A stretch of 64,000 bases of DNA from Vicugna vicugna (taxonomy: Eukaryota): assembly GCA_013265495.1 (NCBI GenBank), contig MU058781.1, positions 8,289,009 to 8,353,008 of the forward strand, written 5' to 3'. Below, piece after piece: positions 1-12,804 of the stretch. Every line of letters starts with the position of its first letter. Position 1 is the first letter of the stretch. The notes below the pieces were generated by a model. The model was not told the DNA's origin, ran no database searches, and saw nothing but the letters and a program-made list of their open reading frames with translations. A program made the translations under genes and the position numbers.

Positions 1-1576
1 TCCACGTGGCCAGCATAGCTCAGCCACCATGCCCCCCTGATGCCCACCCAGCTGGCTCCACTTACTGCGGATTATACTTTGAATTTGCAGAGAAAGTCTC
101 CTATATGGGATAGAAATAGAATGACAACCCCACATCAGTATTTCCATCCTGGTTACCACCTGTATGAGTCCCAGTGAACAGATAAAATGACATTCTGTTC
201 AGCTGGTGTCCATCCCTGAGCCCCATCAAGTGTAAGTCCACCAACAAAAAGCAAGACTCTAGACTAATGAACAAAGCTAAGAACAGGATCTGAACAGTTG
301 TGACTCCATCAAGTGACTGCTGCCAGCAAGGTGCTGCCCCAAAGGTTTGCCATGCAGCTCCAAAATCTCTGACATCACTTCTCCTTTAGTTGAACAGGAT
401 CTTAGGAATCCATGGACAATAACTCACAGCAAGATGGGCAAGAAGAGGCAGGGATATAGCATCCGGGCTACCCAGGAGGGAGCCATGTTGGGAACCATCC
501 AGAGTCTGTACTAACAGGGAAGTCTGGCCGGGCTGGCAAAGCCACCTCTGTCGATCAGAGCATCCTTGGTCACCGTGTAGATGGGGTGGGGAGGGGCAGG
601 GGGAAGATAGGGCACTGTCTACAGTGAGGCCATTCACAACTGGTGGGCAGAGAATAGTTGGTGACAACCCAGGTAGACTAGACCATACTGGAAGCCCACA
701 CTAGCAGACATGGTACAAAAGATGGGCCGTTACTCTGGAGAGCAGACTCTAGACATTAGGCCAAGGCTGAGGGCAAAGCTTCAATCCCTGGATGGGTAAC
801 TAACCCCTGTGTGTCTATAAGCCTCTCCAAAGTTTGTGGTGAGTGAGTGGTCTATACTCACGCAAACCATCTTCTACCATATGAACTGCTTACAACAATC
901 CAGCCACGCCCAACTCCTGCTATCATCTGACTCCCAACTCCCCACCTCCTCTCTCCTCTTGGAAACCATCTCCTCCCATCCACCCTCCCACCTCCATCTC
1001 TGGACACACACACACAGGGCTAGGTGTCTGCCTACAGGTGTACTACTATGTGTAACTAATGTTTTAATTGTCACATATCATTGCATTTTTTTTTTTGCAT
1101 GCCTGCATTCTAGCTAAGTTTGAGTTCTCTGTAAGCAAGGAACAAGTTTTACTCATCTTTGTAAGCCTAGCACCTAGGACAGTGCCTAACACATGATAAT
1201 CAAAATTACTTTTATTCTCTAAAGCCTTAGCACTTCTCGTATGTTTTCATTCCATTTTCTTCCAAAGCTATGATGCAAGTATTATCATCTCCATTCAACA
1301 AAAAGACTGAGACCCAAGGGGGGTTAGCTGTGTGCCCTCACAGGGAATTAATACCAGCTGACTCCCTGTCTTCAAGTACGGTTTCACATCAATAAATGAC
1401 TGGGAGGAAGGAAATGGGGGTGAGAGGGTGAGAGGGCTGGAGTCTGCTGAAAGCTTCAGCTATGTCTTCATCTGCAGGCATTCCATCTCCTCCCTCCCTT
1501 GGGGCTCCATCACCCCAGGGAACAAGAATCTATGGCTTTTCAACATGATTATGGGTATTTGAACATGAAGCCACCT

Positions 1577-2010
1577 CTTCTAGATTCCACATGTAAGTGG
1601 GATCATACGGTGCTTGTCTGTCTCTGTCTGACTCCTCTCACTGAGCATAAGGCCCTCAAGGTTCATCCACGTTGTCACAAATGGCAAGATGTCCCTTATG
1701 GAGGTGGGGGAGGGAGCTGGATCATATTCTGTTGCACATATATACACCACACTTTCTTTATCCATTCATCCATGATTGGACATTTAGGTTGTTTCCATGT
1801 TTCGACGGTTGTGAATAATGCTTCCATGAACATGGAGGTGCAAATATCTCATCAAGATCGTGATCTCATTTCCTCTGTAAATATACCCAGAAGTGGGACT
1901 ACTGGATCATAGAGTAATTCTATTTTTAGTCTTGTGGGGAACCTCCAGACTGTTTTCCATAGTGGCTGTGCCAACAAGTGTTCCATCTTCACTGATGCTT
2001 CTAGCATACC
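1577..2010 (-). mobile_element. L1 ORF2 3' fragment
   Basis: Minus-strand peptides ILPFVTTWMNLEGLMLSE and QPLWKTVWRF..LKIELLYDPVVPLLGI are L1 ORF2 C-terminal motifs. Confidence 0.85.
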
Positions 2011-3423
2011 TATTCCTACTGTTCTCGTTCTCCAGGTCCAAGCACTTAAAAATGCATGTGCCCTGAATGTCATCGCCCTTCCTGCAGCCCGGGGCGAGGG
2101 GATGAGAAACAGAAAGAGAGGCAGTATGTGACCTAGTGTGGAGGGACAAGACCTTGCTCTTTGAAGCAAGCTTACCGGGCAAGTTCCTTCCTGGCTGGCC
2201 CCGGGTCTGAACCTGGAGAGCCAGCGAGGCCAGCCTGAAGTGTCGTCACTTTGGAGCTGAGCCCCGGGGGAGCCTTTGACGGAGTAGCACAAAGAGGAAT
2301 CTTCTATCAAAGGTACACCTTGGACAATGTAAAGGAGTTTAAACTCTGTCTGGTTCTGGGACTTAAGAGAACCACATGAGAAAGTAAGCATCTACTTCTG
2401 AAAGTAAACAAACTGACCAGAAATTCAGAAGAAAAGCCACAGAGCCTTGAGTTACTCCCAGTGGTTGACATCTAGTTAACGAAACACATACCACACTCTG
2501 ACACATGGAAAGCAAAGCTGAAGCCGTTCAGCTTAAGCAAAACCTGCAGCCTGTAAATATGGTTATAAAACTATTTACCAAGTTGGTCGGAGACATTTCT
2601 TTCAAACTTAAACATCTTCGGGATAAAAATAACTTCCTATGTTTATTCCACTAAAACATCTTCGACCACCACAACTTGCCCATTCAGATATTAACATAAA
2701 GTCCTCCTAAGGACCTGAGGGAGGATTCCTAAGCTTCTTGGGGTGTTTAAACACCGACCAATGGCAACTCCGTGTGCAATAACCATTTAATTCAAAGGTC
2801 TAATCTCACCGCGGCCCCATTTTATTAAACCTGAAGATTCGAGCGAAATAGTCAAGTACACTGTAAAGGAAAGAGCACGACTTTGGTGTCCGACAACCAG
2901 TTGCACCAGTAGCTGGCTTGAGCAAGCGATCTAATCTCAGTAAGCCTAGATCATCTTGTCTGTAAACTGAGGAAGGGAAGAAGATTCCTGTTAGGAATAA
3001 AGTTCTTGCTAGGATAATTCTGAAAATTCCATAACCGTGTACATGGAACACATCGAGCACAAGCCTCTAAGCGGCCCTGCCACGATTCAAGTCGAGCGTT
3101 CTCCAGGGCAAATGGCTGCTACAGTGCCCTGGAGCTCACTGTCCTCTCCTCATTTCCCCTGCAAAGATAGTGCCAAATTCTGATCTTTACAAACTCAGAA
3201 CAATTTACCAAACCAGGAGAGGTTCGGCAACCTCTATCTTTGGCAAAGAAGAGGAGGAGGAAAGAGAGTCATGTCGCTTAAGAGTTATTAGACTCCTGGA
3301 TGAATTAATACGAAAGAATAAGCAGAAAAAGAAAAATTTCCGTAGGTCAGGTCAAGAAAAGAAGAAACGTTAACGGCGCACTGGTTTTCTACCTAAGTTT
3401 AAACGTGAAATAGGATCACTATA

Positions 3424-3775
3424 CCGGCAGACCTGGTTTTATCGTGCTTCACTTTGCTGTGCTTTACAGATAATGTGTTTTTTTTTTTTTAACAAATTGA
3501 AGGTTTGGGGCAACCTTGTGTAGTCAGATGATGGTTAGCATTTTTGAGCAATAAAGCATTCTTAATTAAGGTGTGTACATTGTTTTTTAAAACATAATGC
3601 TACTGCACACTTAACAGACTACAGTGCAGTGTCAACAGAAATTTCATATGGCGCTGGGAAACCAAAAAATTGCTGTATTGCGATATTTGCTTTATTGTGA
3701 TACTCAGTTTATTGCGGTATTCGCTTTATCGTACTGGTCTGGAACTAAACCCCCAACATCTCCGAGGTCTGCCTG
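3424..3775 (+). mobile_element. Tigger1-derived internally deleted MITE (TcMar-Tigger)
   Basis: TIRs ccggcagacctgg / ccgaggtctgcctg; TA on the left; both Tigger1 ends (aaattgaaggttt..., cagatgatggttagcattttt...) joined directly. Confidence 0.85.
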
Positions 3776-4120
3776 TGTGAGTCAGAAGAGGCAACCTTGC
3801 GAACTGAAAGGGCACCTAGAGAAGAGGGTGTTCGAAGCTGCCTCGGAGTCTCTGTGGGAATGAGACGTGGCAGGCCACGGACAGTAAGCAGCGCAACACA
3901 CATTCACGCCTACAAACCTGGCTTGGCTTGGAAACAGCAAGGTGCCTGACCACCGTGGGGGACTCGACATCCCTAAGTGAGCAAAAATTTAGAACAAGCC
4001 CCTAAAGGAGTAAATGCTCAGACAAACCTTTCCCCGATACTCAGAGTATTTATGCTCCAAAAAGTCACGTTTTCTCTTGACTCCCAGCTTCCCAGGCAGC
4101 TCCTGAAGGGTAGATTGATC

Positions 4121-4800
4121 CTTTTTTTTTCCTTCCAGTTTTATTGAGATGTAACTGACATACAGCACGGCATCAGTTTAAGATGTACTGCGTAATGACA
4201 TGACTTGCATACGTCATGAAACAATGATCACAGTAACTTTAGTGACTGTCCATCATCTCATGTAAATACAAATTAAAGGACCAGAAAACAATGTTTTCCT
4301 TGTGATGAGAACTCTCAGGATTTACTCACTTAACAACTTTCATATAAACCATATAGCAGTGCTAATTGTATTTATCCTGTTGTATGTTATATTCTTAGTA
4401 TTTATTTATCTTGCTACTGGAAGTTTGTACCTTTACTACCTTCGTCCAGTTCCCTCTCCCTCCACCCTTGCCTCTGGTAACAACAAATCTGATCTTTTTT
4501 CCTATGAGATTGTTTGCTCTTGAACTATAATTGACTTATAACACTATATTAGCTCCATTTACACCATAATAATTTGATGTTTCTATACATTTCAGAATGA
4601 TCACCATACTGAATATAGTGACCATATGTCACCATACAACAATATTACATAGTTATTGACTATATTCCCCACAGTGTACATCTTATACATGTAACTCCTT
4701 TGTTTTAGAACAGGACATTTATGTTCACAGGGACATGAACATCTGCTCATTTTTCAATCAGTTATTTGGTTTTATTGATGATGTTTTCTGAGTTTGGAGG
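4121..4800 (-). mobile_element. Old L1 3' end
   Basis: Poly-T start followed by antisense L1 3' UTR motifs (ttttattgagatgtaactgacatac; cctctggtaacaac). Confidence 0.75.
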
Positions 4801-4829
4801 CCTAAGTTCACATGCTCTATATGGCCACC

Positions 4830-5505
4830 CCCTCAAAAAAAAAAATCCAAAATAAGAAACACAATTTTGGTACCCCTAAATTGGGAGTGCTCCCAGGTAC
4901 CCTGGCAGATGGAAATCCTATTTCTCTCAAAAAGACTGTGCTTTGATCAGATCTTAACATTCTCCCAGATAAAGTACAGCAGAGAATGAGCATCCAATCA
5001 AAAATCACCAAAGACCCTTGAAAATTAAAGAAAGCAATCACAAAGACATATATTATATGATTGCATTTATACAAAATGTCCAGAATAGGCCAATTTATAG
5101 ACAGAAAGCAAATTAGTGGCTGCCAGAGGCTGGGGGGTGACAGGTGTGGAGAGGTAGAACTTGGGAGGAGGTGGGACCTGCTAATGACACAGGGCTTCTT
5201 TCAGGCTGGACAAAAAATGTTCCAAAATTAGACTGCGACAATAGTTACATAATCTCGTGAACATACTGAAAAACACTGAATTGGAAATGGGTGAATTCTA
5301 AGGTACAGAACCCTAGATCAAAAAGAGGACATGAATGGGAAAGTTGGTGAAATTCAAAAAAGTCTGGAATTTATTTAATACTTATATATCAATGTTGATG
5401 TTTTAGTTTTGAGGAACACTGGGGGAGACATATATAAAAACTCTCTGTACTATCATTAAAACTTTTCTGTAAATTTAAAAGTATTCCCAAATAAGTTTTA
5501 TTTTT
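4830..5505 (+). mobile_element. Old L1 fragments (L1MB/MC-like 3' ends)
   Basis: aatgtccagaataggccaatttatagacagaaagc; ctctctgtactatc...aaaagtattcccaaataag. Confidence 0.6.
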
Positions 5506-8500
5506 AATTTCCATAGAATATGATCCATTATTATGAAGCAAAAGGCAAACCTTAAATGACACGGAAGTCACTTCCTGAAATACTGGTGAGAACTTTAACA
5601 TATTCATTTGAGCTAAAGAGGAGTAATTACACAACGACAAGACAGAGGAGGTCTCTGAAGCCATCAAGTTCAAGGCCTTCTTCAGGAAATAAGACACATC
5701 AGTGGCACGCCCTCCTATGGTCACCTAGCCAGCATTTCATGGTCCCCATTGATGGCCACGCCACAGTCTGTGGCTTTCACCATCTTTGGTCAACTCTTTT
5801 AGTCAAGTTCATCTCTTTTTGTTTAGCAACCTTCAGTCCAGTTCTTACAACCATATTTCCTGCTCTTTTCTAACTTCTCCGTATCATCTAGAAACTTTAC
5901 AACAGAGAACCACGTCTCGACACATGCAACTCTAGTAAGTATTTATTTGTGGGTTGCCAAGCACATACGAGATGGTTTTCCAGTTCTTTCAAACACATGT
6001 AAGTGGCCAATTTCTAAATCGTTGAACAGCCTTCCTTCAAACTGTCTCTGCAGTTTGGACTCACTAAGAAGAAGCACAGTCATAATTCATTACTGGTTCC
6101 TACGGTAAAATTGGGCCTCACCTTGTATGTTGATGAAACGATTATTTTTAGTTTATAAGCCTTTTTGTCCTTCTTTTAAACTAAGATAACAAAACTGGCC
6201 ATCAGATAGACATATACATAAAGACACTGAATACCTCAGTAGAAAGATAAACACATGTCAACTTAAGCTTTGCAACTTCGTCAAGCTAACTATAAAACTG
6301 AGGTAAATGTTAACTCGATAAGGTTGAGACTACAAAATCGTCTTCCACTATACCCTTTTGATAAACTCCACTCCCAGGCCCTACACGTGCAAAATGTTAA
6401 AAAAATCTTTTTGTCCTTCCCTCCGCAAAGTGCAGGAAATGGCTCTGTGAATGTAGTTTCATAGACGTGTTGATTTGCTTCCATTTTGTTAAATAACCTG
6501 CAGGCGAGTTAACACTTTAATGTTTGGAGATGAACGGGCAATTACCTTTGGGAACAGAGAAATGAGGAAAGCCAGCTCAACATCCCTAGTAAACAAGAAA
6601 CAGAAGCGCTTTTTTGCATGATCTTATTTCCAGAGTAAAGCACGCGAATTCCTAAGGCATTCTGACCTTACTCTAGTAAGAAGATGAGGCGAAAAAAGAT
6701 TCCAGAGCCGGAGAGCTGATACACTCCAGCCAACATGCGTGGAAATGCTGCGCGCGCTTCACTGGGAGAAATAAGAAAGTCAAATATACAGGTACATCCA
6801 CTGAAAAGCAAAAGAGAAAACGAAAAAGCCTCGGGTTGTGGGCTTTACCCTCAAGAAGTGCTCCTTTACAATCCAAACCCCAGCCTTCCTTGCTACTGTT
6901 GAAGATCTTGGAATCACAGAGTCTTAGAGCTGAACTGGTCATAAAGAGCATCGTTTCCACCAGAGGGAGGCACCAGGAATTCTGGAGCCGTGCCGCTGGC
7001 ACCAGGCTGATTAGAGACAGAACCATTTTCATCCCTGAGGCACAAGGGGCGGGGCATCGTTAATGACCTCGTGCCTAAGTCCAGAATGTACCTCTCTCCC
7101 TCAGAGGGGAAACTGGAGGCAAGCCCCACCTTCTGCCCTCCGCCCCGAGCACAGTGCTCATGCCCCGAAACGTCCCACTGTAAGTGGCCCTCGTGCTCTC
7201 CCTCTCGTCTCATCCACCGACACCAGCGCATCTTTCAGTCTTAGCTAAAGGCCAAGGCCGTTCCTGGAAGCCACAGAAACAGAACTTTCAGAGAAGGCAG
7301 AAAGGAAGTCAACGTCACAAGAGCTCTGAATACACAGATATGAATCAATCCCTGAGAGACAGTGTTAAGTTTCTTTTTACAGACGAGAAGTGGAAGAACC
7401 GTACACTATCCTTCGTGTCAGAAAAGACAAAAAGATTCTGTGCGTGTGGACACACAGCCCATCTGAAAGGATGCCACCAGCTGCCAGGGGGGAGGGGACC
7501 TGGGCAGCTGCAAACAGAAGGGAGGGGACACCACAGGGACTGACTTTTCACTATATCCCTTTTTCCGCCTTGTGATTTTGATACCAAGTACATAAGCTAC
7601 CTCAGCAGAAAACTAATTTTTTAAACTGTATTTATATAAAATAAAAACCAAAAAAGCAAAAAATAAAAAGCAATTAAAAGATTAATAAACAGTGAAGTAA
7701 CAGTAATTTAAAGGTAAATAAATAAACAAATTTCTTTTTTAAAGACAGCGCAAAAAATAATGCGGGGGTGGGACTGCTTGGAAGAAAGACCAGTGACGCT
7801 CACAGTTAAACCACTTCATGAAATTTCACCAAATGACTTTTGAATTTAGCAACTTCCTCTAGGCCTCAGCAACCTTTTGCTGTATACCTCTGCTGAGCTT
7901 GTTCCAAATGAGAGCCACAGAATGATGACTGAGACAAAAGTGAGGCGGGTGGGGGGTTAGGGAAACAAACCACAGTATTTTTCGTTCTGATTACTTGCTT
8001 GAAATAAGAACTTAGAACCTCCGGAACAAAACTTTTCAAATGTACCCCTGCTCTTTTTTTCAAATGAGACTAGAACCCAAGCTCTGTGGTGCTGTTTGGG
8101 TAAACAAACCTAAGAATGGAATATTTACAGTAATAGGATGGCTTAGGAAATCCCCAGCGCCACCTGCACCCCCCCGCCCCAAAATCTTAACGTGACACTT
8201 AGAGCCCTGTTAATGCTGGGGTGGACCTTCAAAACCATACTTCAAAGACGATTAACCACTGATAGCAAAGTTATGAGCAGAGCCCCACTATTACAAGGAA
8301 GTCGGTAAATGATTCACCAAGTGCCTATTTTCTCTGGATAACTAAAAAACACCTTACAAATGGGTTAATGAGTTCATCTTGTGCCAGATGGTCACGTTTC
8401 TTAAGCCCTAAGGGACAGCGGTCTTTTCATAAAGCATATTTTTAACCAGTATAAACTACCTGAAGTTACTTTTCCCAGGGGCCACTCTCTATCCTTGTGC

Positions 8501-9697
8501 TATCCTGGCAAAACTGCTAGAAATTCTCATTAATAAGACTGCGGCAAGTCTTCTCTTCCCCTTGTTTACTGGAAGGGTTGACTGACTTGAAATAGAAAGC
8601 TTCTGAAAAGCACACAGCCAAACACTGTTATTAAATTACACATACTGAGTTCTTTTTACAAGTTGCTGTGACAAAAGATACTCCAGATTGTGTCTCCTTA
8701 GATAGATAATCTTTTCATGAAATTTTTCTTGATAAATATAATTTGGAGTGCATGCTTTGAAAACAGTTGGGAGTGCCCGGGTATGTGGCACTTCACATAC
8801 ATGCGACTTGATTTTAGACTGCTAAAGGAAATTTCTACATGTTGTCCACACAAACCGGAGACAACTGGGCCCCCAAAATGACATTAATATCCACATTGAT
8901 AATCGCATCTAAGCGACGCACCTATCAACGCCACATAATGCAAACAGAACTGGAGAATTTTATATTTAAACAACGTAAGATTAACTTTTAACTCCCATCA
9001 ACTGGGCCATTCATCAACTTTCAAATCAGAAACTAGGCCTATTCGATCTGAAATGCAGGTTCCAAATAATAAACAGGCCTAACCGGTTGGTAAAAAGAAC
9101 TGGCTCCTAATTTTACCATGATTTAGTCATTCATTCTAATATAAGCATGTAAATAAAATTCCACTCCAATGGAACCAACATTTATTTAGTTCTTAACTTC
9201 ATGCTAAGAAGCAGCAAGATGACTACGATTCATCATCAGTCACGCCCACCAAGAAAGTTCACCTTTCCATCTTTTCTCCAGTCTCAGGACCTTTGCTCCA
9301 ACAGCTTCCTCTGTCTGGAATGATCTGCCTGTCCCTCCTGGCCCCACCCCTGCACTTTCCCCTTCTCCGTCAAAAGCAGCAGCTCCCAGGAAGTGCTACC
9401 CCCTGCCCACCACCACCTTCCCCAAGACAGGCCCAGGGCAGCTGAGGCCCATGTGCACACATTTTCTCCAGCATTCAGCACATTTATTTACAAGAGCTTT
9501 CACAGAATAAAATAATTTAACAAGTGCGTATAGATCTGTCTCCTAGAAGGCATAGACCCTAATTAATATCTATATCCCCCTCCAGCCCAATATTTGGCAT
9601 CCAGTGCTCAGTAAGTAACTACAGAAAGGAGCCTCTCAGAGTCAGGCAGGGCAGAAAGACCAATGAATATCTGAGACATAAGGTTAAGAGGCCACAT

Positions 9698-10145
9698 GTG
9701 GAAAAAAAGAATGAAATATTGCCATTGGCAGCAACAGGGATGGACCCAGAGATGATCACAGTAAGTGAAGTCAGTCAGGAAGACAAACATCATATGATAC
9801 TGCTTAATATGTGGAAACTAAAAAGTAATATAAATAAACTTATTTACAAAACAGAAATAGACTCGCAGACAAAGAAAACCAACTCATGGTTACCAACCGG
9901 GAAGGGAAGCAGGGAGGAGTAAATTAGGAGTATGGGATTAACGGATACCATTACTATGCATAAAATAGATAAGCAACGAGCACCTACTGTATAGCAGAGA
10001 TATTCAGTATCTTTTAACAACCTATAACGGAAATGAATCTGAAAAAGAATATGTATATGTAACCGAATCTGCTGTAGTTGTAGAAGTCTGCTGTACACCA
10101 GAAACCAACACGATATTGTAAATCAACTATATGTTAATAAAAAAT
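9698..10145 (+). mobile_element. L1 3' end (cetartiodactyl type)
   Basis: ORF2 terminus NEILPLAATGMDPEMITVSEVSQ, then 3' UTR and A-tail. Confidence 0.85.
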
Positions 10146-11370
10146 ATTAATTAATTAATTTTAAAAACTGATTTTTTTTAGAAAGCATTTGAATGCATTT
10201 TGTTTGGTATTGTATTTACTTAATAGTGTTTAATTAGTGCTCAGTGTGCACCGGACCCCTAGGATGGAGTAGGCTGGAGGGAAAAGGGGATGGTGGGCAC
10301 TCAAAGAACACAGCAGGCTGACCGCCCCTCCTCAGCCTCAGCTGCTGCCTCCTTTTATAACAGGCTAGGAGAGCTCTTCCAAAGCCCTTTGGGAGAGGCA
10401 CCATCCTTTCAGCCAAGAAGTACCTCCCTCTCGACTTCACTCAGACTCCTAACTTTGAATGAGTTGTGCCCTGCAGAGCAGCTGGCAGAGTCCTGGATGG
10501 TGGAGCTGGTCATACCTTCCCCAGGCTGTCAGAATCCATCAGTCTCCATGTTCCTAGAGAGCTTAGGTTCCGCACAGTCCTTTTCTCCACCTCTCATCCC
10601 CAGTCACGTGGGCAGCTTCAGTGTTTAGGTGGACAATCCACCAAACCACCCAGTCTCTCGCCTTGCTAAAGCGAATCAACTTTCACCCTACCCCCATGTC
10701 ACCACCCTGACTTTCATCATCGCCCAGGGAAGCTTCACTAGGAATCTTCCACTCGAATATCCCGGCCCCCGCCTCTCTCACTTCCCCTGCATCTGCTCCT
10801 CAACATCCCTTCAATCTCTAGATGTTTCCCTTTTCACTTTCATCACCCCCAATACTTGTCAGCATCTTTCAACACCCTTACTTCTTAAGGTTCCAAAATC
10901 CTTCCCTGCAAACGCCCAACTGTCTGTTTTCCTTTTGCTCCTCGAAGGAGTTGCTGAAAGAGAAAAATGACATATTGGCACAAATTCTAAAATTGGTGAT
11001 TTTCAGTGGGCTGTTTACACTCAGCATCATGAAACTGTCCCCATTCAGCTCTTTCTCTGCTCGCCCATAAAGACTACTCTAAACATCCACTCATCCTCAA
11101 AACCCCTGCTCCGCCCCCATCCCTGCACCCTTCAGCCATGACCTCCTGCCTCACTTCACAAAACCACCCTTTCACAGCTCAAACCCTTCAATGCCTTCCC
11201 TTTGATGGTCAGCGTGTCTAAACTTCAGTGGGCACGAGAATCACCTGGGGAGCCCCTTCACCCTGATACGCATTCGGATTCACTAGGTCTGGGCCGGATC
11301 CAAAAAGCATACTTGGCAATAGATTCTGACGACGGCCCATCTACCAAATTTGAGGAAAATTAGTGCAGAG

Positions 11371-11704
11371 CAGGGGTCTGCAAACTCCAGCCCTCGGGCC
11401 AATTCCAGCCCTTGCCTGTTTTGTGTGGTCTGCACGCTAACTATGTTTTCACAGTTTTAAAAGGTTGGAGAAAAAAAAGTCAAAAGAAGAAAATTTCACA
11501 ACACGTCTAAATTACATAGAATTCAAACTTCAGTGTCCATAAATAAAGTTCCGGGAGAACACAGCCATGCCCAGTGATGCACATATTGTCTGTGGCTGCT
11601 CTCAGGCTACAACAACAAAGCTGAATAGTTGTGGCAAAGACCAAACGGCCACAAAGCCGAAAGTGTTTACTGTCTGGCCCTCCACAGAGAGTCCGCCGCC
11701 CCTG
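11371..11704. mobile_element. MER58B-like hAT-Charlie MITE inserted in L2 remnants
   Basis: caggggtctgcaaact...ccgcccctg TIRs with degenerate 8-bp TSD gtgcagag/gtctacag. Confidence 0.8.
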
Positions 11705-12034
11705 GTCTACAGGATGAGGTGCAAACAACTTGTCAGTCTTCCAGCTTCCTGGTGATGTGGCCCCTGCCTGCTTCCCCAACCTAGGGTCTGCCGGTCTTCG
11801 CAAGTGCAGCCCCACCAGCCACTCCAGCGACACAGTTCCTTGAACGAAGTGCACAATTTCACACCTCCCCACCTCTGTACGTGCAGTTCTTTCTACCCAC
11901 TTTGCCTGACAAATTCTTCTTTGACCTTCAAGACCCAATTCGTGTTCCTCCCCACCTGTGAGAAGCTCTCTAACAACCATTCCTCACCCCCTCCTCCACA
12001 CTTAATTAATTCGTATTCTAGTTATCTGTATACA

Positions 12035-12215
12035 GCAGTGGTTCTCAAATTTGGGGGTGTCCCAGCACCACTTGGGGGGCTCATTAAATCACCCACGGCT
12101 GGGTCCACCCCAGAGGAGCAGAGGGAGCGCCTGGCAGAGAATGTACGTACATTTCTAACAAGTTTCAAGGCTGAGGCCGCTCATCCAGGCACTGCATACG
12201 CGCAACACTCAGGGA
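12035..12215. mobile_element. MER5-like hAT-Charlie remnant
   Basis: cagtggttctcaaattt...cacttggggggctcattaaa...catttctaacaagtt. Confidence 0.6.
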
Positions 12216-12678
12216 TTGCTCTGTCTCCGCCCCACCCAACAAGGAGTTTTTCGAGGATAGGCCCTTTTTAATTCATGTTTGAATCATCACAGCCTGGCAC
12301 AGTCCCGGGAATTACTGGAACACAGCAGAAACTCAGTATTTGTTGTTTGTGCTCTAACCAAATCATCTTCCTCCCATAAGCCAATGATTTTCAATATCAG
12401 ACAATGAAAGGAAAATTAAGTGGGAAGAGGAGGGCTTGCCTTGCAGGAATGATTGACGCGAAAAAAAAATAAATAAGGCTCCCTGCAGGAAGGACATTCT
12501 GTGGCCTGCCATGTGCATCCTGAGCTGGAAAGTCCTAGTGTGACAAGCGGATTGTTCAAGTCAAAAACCCAAGGGTACAGCCTGGAGGCAGCACCAACAG
12601 AGGGGGGGGTGTTCAGTGGAGAACTCTTTCCCTCAAAAGGCCCATCTACTATCCACTTTAAAAACAAGATTCTTTATA

Positions 12679-12804
12679 GAGTACATGTTTAGCATGCACA
12701 AGGTCCTGGGTTCAATCCCCAGGACCTCCATATAAATAAATAAACAAACAAACAAACAAACAAACCTAATTACCTCCCCCTGCCCCCTCCAAAAAAAAAC
12801 CAAC
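12679..12804 (+). mobile_element. 5'-truncated tRNA-derived SINE (camelid Vic-1-like)
   Basis: B-box gggttcaatcccc, (taaa)/(caaa) repeats, cctaattacctcccc, TSD aagattct(t/a)tata. Confidence 0.8.

Noticed and set aside
1..1100. Possible ERVL internal/LTR remnant
   Set aside because: Only a faint resemblance; cannot be supported without a Dfam search.
6654..6668. Intronic ERE-like AAGGCA-ttc-TGACCT
   Set aside because: Two mismatches in one half-site; expected by chance.
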